A DNA stretch of 64,000 nucleotides from Eledone cirrhosa (lineage: Eukaryota): assembly GCA_964016885.1 (NCBI GenBank), contig OZ024766.1:18910001-18974000 (forward strand). Direction: 5' to 3'. The notes beneath the pieces are model-generated. The model made no database searches, had not been told where the DNA came from, and saw nothing but the letters and a program-made list of their open reading frames with translations. The translations under genes and the position numbers were made by a program. The stretch's first letter is position 1; each line of letters opens with the position of its first letter. This document shows positions 52,320 to 64,000 of this stretch, one piece after another.

Positions 52320-52725
52320 ACACTGTAAAATATATAACCGGATCCAGTACACACTGTAAAGTGGTTGGCGATAGGAAAGGCCCCCAGCCATAGAAAACTT
52401 GTCAAAGAAAGACTTGGGACTACTCTTTAGTTGTGTCAAGGACATGAAAACCTCTCTAGTGGTTTTGAGCTATGGGATAAAAAAAAAAACACCCAGTACA
52501 TTCTGTAAAGTGAGCTACAGGATAAATGCACCCAGTACACACTGTAAAGGGGTTGGCGATAGGAAAGGCCCCCAGCCATAGAAAACTTGTCAAAGAAAGA
52601 CTTGGGACTACTCTTTAGTTGTGTCAAGGACATGAAAACCTCTCTAGTGGTTTTGAGCTATGGGATAAAAAACAAAAACACCCAGTACATTCTGTAAAGT
52701 GATTTACAGGATAAATGGACCCAGT
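52320..52725 (+). mobile_element. SINE-like fragment, 188-bp tandem duplication
   Basis: cagtacacactgtaaag.ggttggcgataggaaaggcccccagcc occurs twice and is related to the ttaggaagggcatcc motif. Confidence 0.6.
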
Positions 52726-52820
52726 CAATCCATAAAATAAAAGTACCAGTTCAGTACTGGTGTCAATTCTTCCTCTTTATCCCATTTTTTTCTGACTATA
52801 TATAAAGACATTGGCACATT

Positions 52821-52875
52821 ACCTCTGAAGATGGTCATATGTACACTCCAGAAAACAGTTATAGTGAGGGGAGGT
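52821..52875 (+). ncRNA. Possible degenerate hammerhead motif
   Basis: acct-CTGAAGA-tgg tcatatgtacact cca-GAAA-acagt-TA..gagg. Stem I is out of register. Confidence 0.35.
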
Positions 52876-52943
52876 CATTTTTTTTTTACACAAACACACA
52901 AACACCCATACATACATATATATATATATACATATATATATAT

Positions 52944-53030
52944 ATGTAGGAGGTGAGTTTTATTGTAGTACAATAAAGCAATGCAGATATCGGATAAGAA
53001 GCACTCTACAGTTTGTAGGACTGGAGTATA
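52944..53030 (-). mobile_element. Family H5 element distal fragment
   Basis: Reverse complement of 38986-39072. Confidence 0.7.
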
Positions 53031-53074
53031 AATAATATACAGAGAGAGAGAGAGAGAGAGAAAGAAAGAGAGAG

Positions 53075-53635
<561 letters not shown>

Positions 53636-53814
53636 TATAAAACAAACAGTACAGTACATGGAAGAAATATATTCGTTTAACATTTGAAATAGCAGGAGTA
53701 TATGTATGTATATATGTGAGTGTGTATATGTATATATATATATATGTATATGTATATATATGTATATATATAATATATATGTATATATATAATATATATG
53801 TATATGTATGTATA

Positions 53815-54890
53815 TAAAAGTTATGCTGGTACCACAAAACACCCAGTCCACACTGTAAAGTGGTCATGTAGGTGTCACAAGAAAAGGTACCCAGTCCACA
53901 CTGTAAAGTGGTCATGTAGGTGTCACAACAAACAACACCCAGCCCACACTGTAAAGTGGTCATGTAGGTGTCACAACAAAAAGTACCCAGTCCACACTGT
54001 AAAGTGGTCATGTAGGTGTCACAACAAAAAGTACCCAGTCCACACTGTAAAGTGGTCATGTAGGTGTCACAACAAAAAGTACCCAGTCCACACTGTAAAG
54101 TGGTCATGTAGGTGTCACAACAAAAAGTACCCAGTCCACACTGTAAAGTGGTCATGTAGGTGTCACAACAAAAAGCGCCCAGTCCACACTGTAAAGTGGT
54201 CATGTAGGTGTCACAACAAACAGCACCCAGTCCACACTGTAAAGTGGTCATGTAGGTGTCACAACAAACAGCACCCAGTCCACACTGTAAAGTGGTCATG
54301 TAGGTGTCACAACAAACAACACCCAGTCCACACTGTAAAGTGGTCATGTAGGTGTCACAACAAAAAGTACCCAGTCCACACTGTAAAGTGGTCATGTAGG
54401 TGTCACAACAAAAAGCGCCCAGTCCACACTGTAAAGTGGTCATGTAGGTGTCACAACAAACAGCACCCAGTCCACACTGTAAAGTGGTCATGTAGGTGTC
54501 ACAACAAACCGCACCCAGTCCACACTGTAAAGTGGTCATGTAGGTGTCACAACAAAAAGCGCCCAGTCCACACTGTAAAGTGGTCATGTAGGTGTCACAA
54601 CAAACAGCACCCAGTCCACACTGTAAAGTGGTCATGTAGGTGTCACAACAAACCGCACCCAGTCCACACTGTAAAGTGGTCATGTAGGTGTCACAACAAA
54701 AAGTACCCAGTCCACACTGTAAACGTGGTTGGTGTTAGGAAGGGCATCCAGATGTAGAAAACCAGCCAGAAACAGTCCTATACGAGCGAGACACGGTTAC
54801 ACAAACCCACTTGCCTCAAGTGGGACAAACCCATGCTAGCGTGGAAGATAGACGTTAAACGATGATTATGATTATGATGATGATGATGAT
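53815..54890 (+). mobile_element. Family B-type element with ~18 copies of the 48-bp unit and a (GAT)n tail
   Basis: Array 53840-54720, then ttaggaagggcatcc...ccatgctagcgtggaagatagacgttaaac(gat)n. Confidence 0.85.
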
Positions 54891-55356
54891 GGTATTTTAA
54901 TTGGTGGATTTAATTGGCAAGACAGGACAGTTTTCACGGCCTTGACGGGATTTCTGAGACCTACATTTTTACTAAATACGATTTCACACCACATAATGAT
55001 GGTGGTGGTGATGGTGGTGGTGGTGATGGTGGTGATGGTGGTGGTGATGGTGGTGATGGTGATGATGACAGAATCATTAAATTTGTGAAAAAAAATGTTA
55101 ATTAAAAAAAAAAACCCCTTAAATTATATAATTACAAGTAATTAAATACAAATGATCAAATGCAACATATATATAATTGTCAGTAATTATATAAGTGGCA
55201 GATAAAATGTCATTTTGTATATATGTATATATATGAGTATATTGTATATATGTATATATATGTGTGAGTATATTGTATGTATGTATATATATATATATAT
55301 GAGTATATTGTATGTATGTATATATATATATATATATGAGTATATTGTATGTATGA

Positions 55357-55387
<31 letters not shown>

Positions 55388-55390
55388 CAT

Positions 55391-55998
55391 GTCAGGTCAC
55401 CAGTTGGTGCTACTGGTAACATGTATCCCAGTACAACCTGTCCCATGGTCTGGTCATTGGCGACTAAACTGGCAACCCCACCAAGGTTTCTTGGTGAGGA
55501 GGGTGACTTTGGACATCCTGCAGGACTAAAAACAAAATCTGTCAAAGGGCAAAGGAGCTCTTAAGAGTCAATGGCCATCCAAAATCACCGGGAGAGATGA
55601 CCCCTTAGCCTTTGTCAAGGCAGAATTCTAGGAGAAGGAAAACTCTGATATAACACCTGCAACCCTGATGGTATCCAATGATGTTGACTTGTTCTTCTTT
55701 TTGGTAAATATCATCTTGGTTAAGAGAGTGGGACTGGCTTTGTGCAGTGCCTTTGCTCACTATAAAAGCTTCACGGCACAGGCATTGCTTTATATCTGGA
55801 GATCTCTCTGCACTTGTCGTCACAAGGTACCATGGGCCCAGCACTATGTGTCAATAATTGTCACAGGTGTAGTGTTTGTACCAGAGTTTTCAAGTCGCTG
55901 GCTGGACTAAAAAGTCACTCGTTCAGCGCATCAGTAGGGGTTCTCCTACATGGATATAAAGTAGTGGCCGTACTCGAAAACGAGTTGGCAGCCACCAT
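55391..55998 (+). mobile_element. Bipartite non-autonomous RTE-derived element, copy 2 (more complete)
   Basis: Same as 35695-36209 plus extra 5' and 3' sequence; flanked by (AT)n. Confidence 0.7.
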
Positions 55999-58418
55999 AT
56001 ATATATATATATGTGAGTTTATTCTCTGTATGTATGTATATATGTGTGAGTTTATTCTCTGTATGTATATATATATATATATATATGAGTATATTCTATG
56101 TATATATATATGTGTGAGTTTATTCTATGTATGTATTATTCTATGTATGTATATATATATATGAGTTTATTCTATGTATGTATATATATATATATATGAG
56201 TATATTCTATAATATGTATATATATAACTGAGTTTATTCTATGTATATATATATATGAGTTTATTCTATGTATGTATATATATATATATGAGTTTATTCT
56301 ATGTATGTATATATATATATATATATGAGTATATTCTATATATGTATATATATAACTGAGTTTATTCTATGTATATATATATATGAGTTTATTCTATGTA
56401 TATATATATATGTGAGTTTATTCTATGTATGTATATATATATATGAGTTTATTCTATGTATGTATATATATATATATGAGTATATTCTATATATGTATAT
56501 ATATAACTGAGTTTATTCTATGTATATATATGAGTTTATTCTATGTATGTATATATATATATATGAGTATATTCTATATATGTATATATATAACTGAGTT
56601 TATTCTATGCATATATATATATATGAGTTTATTCTATGTATATATATATATATGAGTTTATTCTATGTATATATATATATGTGAGTTTATTCTATGTATG
56701 TATATATATATATGAGTTTATTCTATGTATGTATATATATATATATGAGTATATTCTATATATGTATATATATAACTGAGTTTATTCTATGTATATATAT
56801 ATATATGAGTTTATTCTATGTATGTATATATATATATATGAGTATATTCTATATATGTATATATATAACTGAGTTTATTCTATGCATATATATATATATG
56901 AGTTTATTCTATGTATATATATATATGTGAGTTTATTCTATGTATGTATATATATATATGAGTTTATTCTATGTATGTATATATATATATATGAGTATAT
57001 TCTATAATATGTATATATATAACTGAGTTTATTCTATGTATATATATATATGAGTTTATTCTATGTATATATATATATGAGTATATTCTATGTATATATA
57101 TATATATGTGTGAGTTTATTCTATGTATGTATATATATATATGAGTTTATTCTATGTATGTATATATATATATATGAGTATATTCTATAATATGTATATA
57201 TATAACTGAGTTTATTCTATGTATATATATATATGAGTTTATTCTATGTATATATATATATGTGAGTTTATTCTATGTATGTATATATATATATATGAGT
57301 TTATTCTATGTATGTATATATATATATATATATGAGTATATTCTATATATGTATATATATAACTGAGTTTATTCTATGTATATATATATATGAGTTTATT
57401 CTATGTATATATATATATGTGAGTTTATTCTATGTATGTATATATATATATGAGTTTATTCTATGTATGTATATATATATATATGAGTATATTCTATATA
57501 TGTATATATATAACTGAGTTTATTCTATGTATATATATATATATGAGTTTATTCTATGTATGTATATATATATATATGAGTATATTCTATATATGTATAT
57601 ATATAACTGAGTTTATTCTATGCATATATATATATATGAGTTTATTCTATGTATATATATATATGTGAGTTTATTCTATGTATGTATATATATATATGAG
57701 TTTATTCTATGTATGTATATATATGAGTTTATTCTATGTATATATATATATGTGAGTTTATTCTATGTATGTATATATATATATATATGAGTTTATTCTA
57801 TGCATGTATATATATATATATATATATGAGTATATTCTATAATATGTATATATATAACTGAGTTTATTCTATGTATATATATATATGAGTTTATTCTATA
57901 TATATATATATATGTGAGTTTATTCTATGTATGTATATATATATATGAGTTTATTCTATGTATGTATATATATATATATGAGTATATTCTATAATATGTA
58001 TATATATAACTGAGTTTATTCTATGTATATATATATATGAGTTTATTCTATGTATATATATATATGTGAGTTTATTCTATGTATGTATATATATATATGA
58101 GTTTATTCTATGTATGTATATATATATATATGAGTATATTCTATAATATGTATATATATAACTGAGTTTATTCTATGTATATATATATATGAGTTTATTC
58201 TATGTATATATATATATGTGAGTTTATTCTATGTATGTATATATATATATGAGTTTATTCTATGTATGTATATATATATATATGAGTATATTCTATATAT
58301 GTATATATATAACTGAGTTTATTCTATGCATATATATATATGAGTTTATTCTATGTATATATATATATGAGTATATTCTATGTATGTATATATTTATATA
58401 TATATACATATATATATT
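55999..58418. repeat. (AT)n-embedded satellite, unit tgagtttattctatg(ta)n
   Basis: Directly visible. Confidence 0.95.
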
Positions 58419-58644
58419 TGTTGCAATGTCACTGGAGCCAAGCTGTATCAGCCATTGCCTTTCTCTTGGACAACATCATATATAGTGTATAATATATACT
58501 GTACATAGTGTATATATAATGTATATATACTGTACAGAGTATATATACTGTATACAGTGTATATATAATATATATATAGTGTATATATATGTTGTGATGT
58601 CACTGGTACCAAGCTTTATCAGCCATTACCTTTCCCTTAGACAT

Positions 58645-60868
58645 CATATATAGTGTATAATATATATTGTACATAGTGTATATATATATATAATGTATAT
58701 ATATATACTGTACAAAGTGTATATATAATGTATATATATATTGTACATAGTGTATATATATAATGTATATATATATTGTACATAGTGTATATATATAATG
58801 TATATATATATTGTACATAGTGTATATATAATGTATATATATATACTGTACAAAGTGTATATATAATGTATATATATATTGTACATAGTGTATATATAAT
58901 GTATATATATATACTGTACATAGTGTATATATAATGTATATATATATTGTACATAGTGTATATATAATGTATATATATATACTGTACAAAGTGTATATAT
59001 AATGTATATATATATTGTACATAGTGTATATATATATATAATGTATATATATATTGTACATTGTGTGTATATATATATATAATGTATATATATACTGTAC
59101 ATAGTGTATATATATATATAATGTATATATATATTGTACATAGTGTATATATAATGTATATATATATACTGTACATAGTGTATATATAATGTATATATAT
59201 ATTGTACATAGTGTATATATATATATAATGTATATATATATTGTACATTGTGTGTATATATATATATAATGTATATATATACTGTACATAGTGTATATAT
59301 ATATATAATGTATATATATATTGTACATTGTGTGTATATATATATAATGTATATATATACTGTACATAGTGTATATATAATGTATATATATATTGTACAT
59401 AGTGTATATATAATGTATATATATATTGTACATTGTGTATATATATATATATAATGTATATATATATTGTACATTGTGTGTATATATATATAATGTATAT
59501 ATATATTGTACATTGTGTGTATATATATAATGTATATATATATTGTACATTGTGTGTATATATATATAATGTATATATATATTGTACATTGTGTATATAT
59601 ATATATATAATGTATATATATATTGTACATTGTGTGTATATATATATAATGTATATATATATTGTACATTGTGTGTATATATATATAATGTATATATATA
59701 TTGTACATAGTGTATATATATAATGTATATATATATTGTACATAGTGTATATATATATAATGTATATATATATTGTACATAGTGTATATATATATATAAT
59801 GTATATATATATTGTACATAGTGTATATATATATATAATGTATATATATATTGTACATTGTCTGTATATATATATAATGTATATATATATTGTACATAGT
59901 GTATATATATATATAATGTATATATATATAATGTATATATATATAATGTATATATATACTGTACATAGTGTATATATATATATAATGTATATATATATTG
60001 TACATAGTGTATATATATAATGTATATATATATTGTACATAGTGTATATATATATATAATGTATATATATATATTGTACATAGTGTATATATATATATAA
60101 TGTATATATATACTGTACATAGTGTATATATATATATAATGTATATATATATTGTACATAGTGTATATATATATAATGTATATATATACTGTACATAGTG
60201 TATATATATATATAATGTATATATATATTGTACATTGTGTGTATATATATATAATGTATATATATATTGTACATTGTGTGTATATATATATAATGTATAT
60301 ATATATTGTACATAGTGTATATATATATATAATGTATATATATATATTGTACATAGTGTATATATATATATAATGTATATATATATAATGTATATATATA
60401 CTGTACATAGTGTATATATATATATAATGTATATATATATTGTACATTGTGTGTATATATATATGTATATATATATTGTACATAGTGTATATATATACTG
60501 TACATAGTGTATATATATAATGTATATATATATTGTACATTGTGTGTATATATATATAATGTATATATATTGTACATAGTGTATATATATATATAATGTA
60601 TATATATATAATGTATATATATACTGTACATAGTGTATATATATATATAATGTATATATATATTGTACATAGTGTATATATATAATGTATATATATATTG
60701 TACATAGTGTATATATATATATAATGTATATATATATTGTACATTGTGTGTATATATATATAATGTATATATATATTGTACATTGTGTGTATATATATTG
60801 TACATAGTGTATATATATAATGTATATATATACTGTACAAAGTGTATATATAATGTATATATAGTGTA
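58645..60868. repeat. (AT)n-embedded satellite, unit tgtacatagtg(ta)natg(ta)n
   Basis: Directly visible. Confidence 0.95.
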
Positions 60869-61380
60869 TGCAACAAGGGATCTCAGACTGGCAACTCAAG
60901 CTAGCTGTGGACAAGTGCACCACCATGCATTTTGGGAGTAAAAACCCAGCGTCCACATACTCCCTCCACTGCACTAATATCAAGAAGTCTTCTTGTGAAC
61001 GTGACCTGGGCATTACGGTCAGCAGCGATTTGCGTTGGACGAAGCACATCTCTAAAATTGTCAAGAGGGCCGAGGGTGTCTTAGCATCACTCAGCAAGAC
61101 CTTTGTCAGCCGCTCTCCAGATATCTATTTAAGGCTGTACATGGCTATGGTGTGGCCACACTTAGAATTTAATCACCAGTCTGGAACCCCTATCTTGCTC
61201 AGAACATTGACTGCCTGGAAACTGTTCAGAGATGTGCAACCAAGCGAATACCCTCCATCAGGCATCTACCATACTCTGAGCGCCTTGCTTCCCTGGGCAT
61301 GGATACATTGAAGCTCCGACGCCTGGCAATTGACTTGGTAAACACCCACAAAATTGTTAACCAGTTGTATCCGGCAAGGA

Positions 61381-61772
61381 TTAACTCACCTCTTTCTGTT
61401 CAAACCAGCTGTAACTGGCCACTCATACTGATGTTAAGGTATTGTTCTTAACATAAATAATATTAAAATCTCATAGATTCGATATCTTGTGAGATAAAGC
61501 CTTTACTGTGACAATACAATAGTATATATAGAGTAATGTAAATGTTATGTGAGATATTATGTGAGGTAAAGCCTTTACTGTGACAATACAATAGTATATA
61601 TAGAGTAATGTAAATATTATGTGGGATATTATGTGAGGTAAAGCCTTTACTGTGACAATACAATAGTATATATAGAGTAATGTAGATGTTATGTGAGATA
61701 TTATGCGAGGTAAAGCCTTTACTGTGACAATACAATAGTATATATAGAGTAATGTAAATGCTAAAGGGTTAA
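61381..61772. mobile_element. Possible piggyBac-like MITE with an internal 72-bp repeat (x4)
   Basis: Right end aatgctaaagggTTAA, left end TTAActc.. (degenerate). 72-bp period at 61495, 61567, 61639 and 61711. Confidence 0.35.
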
Positions 61773-61907
61773 TATTTTTTCCCAGCAAGGGTTGGTCAGG
61801 TCTTCATAGACCAAGTCAGTACTGAAGCGGGGCTACTGACCTCCCGGATAGGCCAAGGAGATCTGTATAGAGTGCAGAGGTGAAGTTGACGTGTTTTGAC
61901 ACAAACC

Positions 61908-63128
61908 TGGAACAAACTCCCTGCATCAGTTGTTAGCTGTCGAGACACTGCATCCTTTAAAACCTCCATGGAACAAACTACCTGCATCAGTTGTTAGCTG
62001 TCAAGACACTGCATCCTTTAAAACCTCCATGGAACAAACTCCCTGCATCAGTTGTTAGCTGTCAACACACTGCATCCTTTAAAACCTCCATGGACCAAAC
62101 TTCCTGCATCAATTGTTAGCTGTCGAGACACTGCATCCTTTAAAACCTCCATGGAACAAACTACCTGCATCAGTTGTTAGCTGTCGAGACACTGCATCCT
62201 TTAAAACCTCCATGGAACAAACTACCTGTATCAGTTGTTAGCTGTCGAGGCACTGCATCCTTTAAAACCTCTATGGACCAAACTTCCTGCGTCAATTGTT
62301 AGCTGTTGAGACACTGCATCCTTTAAAACATCCATGGAACAAACTACCTGCATCAGTTGTTAGCTGTCGAGACACTGCATCCTTTAAAACCTCCATGGAC
62401 AAAACTTCCTGCATCAATTGTTAGCTGTCAAGACACTGCATCCTTTAAAACCTCCATGGGACAAACTACCTGCATCAGTTGTTAGCTGTTGAGACACTAC
62501 ATCCTTTAAAACTTCCATGGAACAAACTCCCTGCATCAATTGTTAGCCGTCGAGACACTGCATCCTTTAAAACCTCCATGGAACAAACTCCCTGCATCAG
62601 TTGTTAGCTGTCGAGACACTGCATCCTTTAAAACCTCCATGGAACAAACTCCCGGCATCAGTTGTTAGCTGTCGAGACACTGCATCCTTTAAAACATCCA
62701 TGGAACAAACTCCCTGCATCAGTTGTTAGCTGTCGAGACACTGCATCCTTTAAAACCTCCATGGAACAAACTCCCTGCATCAGTTGTTAGCTGTCGAGAC
62801 ACTGCATCCTTTAAAACCTCCATGGAACAAACTGGCTGCATCAGTTGTTAGCCATCGAGACACTGCATCCTTTAAAACCTCCAATGAACAAACTCCCTGC
62901 ATCAGTTGTTAGCTGTCGAGACACTGCATCCTTTAAAACCTCCATGGACCAAACTACCTGCATCAGTTGTTAGCCGTCGAGACACTGCATCCTTTAAAAC
63001 CTCCATGGAACAAACTCCCTGCATCAGTTGTTAGCTGTCGAGACACTGCATCCTTTAAAACCTCCATGGAACAAACTACCTGCATCAGTTGTTAGCTGTC
63101 GAGACACTGCATCCTTTAAAACCTCCAT
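61908..63128 (+). repeat. 61-bp minisatellite (20 copies) derived from the CR1 ORF2 terminal WNxLP...FK motif
   Basis: Period 61 (61908, 61969...). The last unit continues into the LINE end. Confidence 0.95.
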
Positions 63129-63394
63129 GCTTCTTGAAATTCACCAACACTACACCTGATATTCCCCCTCTATACACACGTACGTATGTATCTGTGTGTA
63201 TTTCATGACTCGTACACTATTCACCTCCCTGACATTTGTACATTATTCAATGTACTATACATGCATCTTTGATGAGCTGTAGTGCACCTGAGCACTGTAC
63301 ACAATAATTTTCACTATTATAGACACAAACATACATTTATATTGGAAAGGGGCTGCAGTAGAGGAAGACCAGGGAAGAGAGACTTTTCACTATT

Positions 63395-63488
63395 ATTTTG
63401 CCTTTCATCCTTACGGGGTCGATAAAATAAAGTACCAGTAATACACTGAGGTAATTGCTGGCCTTGTGCCTAAAGTAGAAACAATTAT
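63395..63488 (+). mobile_element. SINE family M 3' half
   Basis: Same body and tail as 24920-25008. Confidence 0.75.
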
Positions 63489-63669
63489 TTAAACTGAAAG
63501 ATACTAATCCTTCGTTTGGCAAACTACTGGGGTTAGGATGCCCTTCCCAACACCAACCACTTTACAGCATGTATGAATATGTGTATATAAGAATATATGT
63601 GTGTGTGTATATATTTGAGGATATACAAATGTGTAGCATTGAATGCAGGAGTTATACGAAGGCTGGAAA

Positions 63670-64000
63670 GAAATGCATTGGTGTGGACATGCGATGTGTA
63701 TGGATGGTGATTGTTGGGTGAAGAAGTGTCAGGAGTTCCCAGTGGAAGGAAGCTGCAGTAGAGGAAGACCTGGGTATAAGAGGAGACTGCACTGGTATAG
63801 ACATGTGGTGTGTATGGATGGTGATTGTTGGGTGAAGAAGTGGCAGGAGTTCCCAGTGGAAGGAAGCTGCAGTAGAGGAAGACCTGGGTATAAGAGGAGA
63901 CTGCACTGGTATAGATATGTGATGTGTATGGATGGTGATTGTTGGGTGAAGAAGTGGCAGGAGTTCCCAGTGGAAGGAAGCTGCAGTAGAGGAAGACCTG
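63670..64000 (+). repeat. 114-bp RTE-derived minisatellite (runs off the window)
   Basis: Period 114 (63771, 63885); same unit as 12696-12810. Confidence 0.9.

Larger units (their letters stand above)
60869..63320 (+). mobile_element. 5'-truncated CR1-clade LINE (RT C-terminus to 3'UTR), interrupted and internally amplified
   Basis: WQLKLAVDKCTTMHFG...ERDLGITVSSDLRWTKHI...LYMAMVWPHLEF (frameshift) PVWNPY...LETVQRCATKRIP...YSERLASLGMDTLKLRRL. Resumes at ~61905 with WNKLPASVVSCRDTASFKTSM; 3'UTR hairpin at ~63279-63300. Confidence 0.85.

Noticed and set aside
58600-61097. 700-800 aa Y/I/H/T ORFs
   Set aside because: (AT)n-based satellite translations.

Overview
Eukaryotic (animal) genomic DNA, very rich in microsatellites and repeats. 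The mix of (AT)n/(GT)n arrays, RTE/CR1 LINE debris and tRNA-derived SINEs with (GAT)n tails resembles a coleoid cephalopod (octopus-like) genome; that assignment is inference. The only well-supported host coding sequence is one 3234-bp, GC/CpG-rich, homopolymer-expanded exon (20673-23906, minus strand) of an IQSEC/BRAG/schizo-type Arf-GEF. A phase-compatible candidate upstream coding exon lies at 43820-43914. The rest appears intronic or flanking. Main unexpected signals: (1) about 10 type-I hammerhead ribozyme motifs from several sequence families, five of them within 4.6 kb of the exon's splice acceptor and three in the sense orientation of the gene. One retro-copy begins exactly at the predicted cleavage site and carries a fold-back. 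(2) Many independent minisatellites were built from LINE/SINE/MITE fragments by microhomology-bounded tandem amplification, repeatedly centred on the RTE 'RLRWYGHV' segment. (3) Two Tx1/L1-like LINE 3' ends are embedded in (GATA)n. (4) LINE-SINE partner tails carry a covarying 3' stem-loop. Almost all long ORFs in the supplied track are microsatellite artefacts. All calls were made by eye without database searches.
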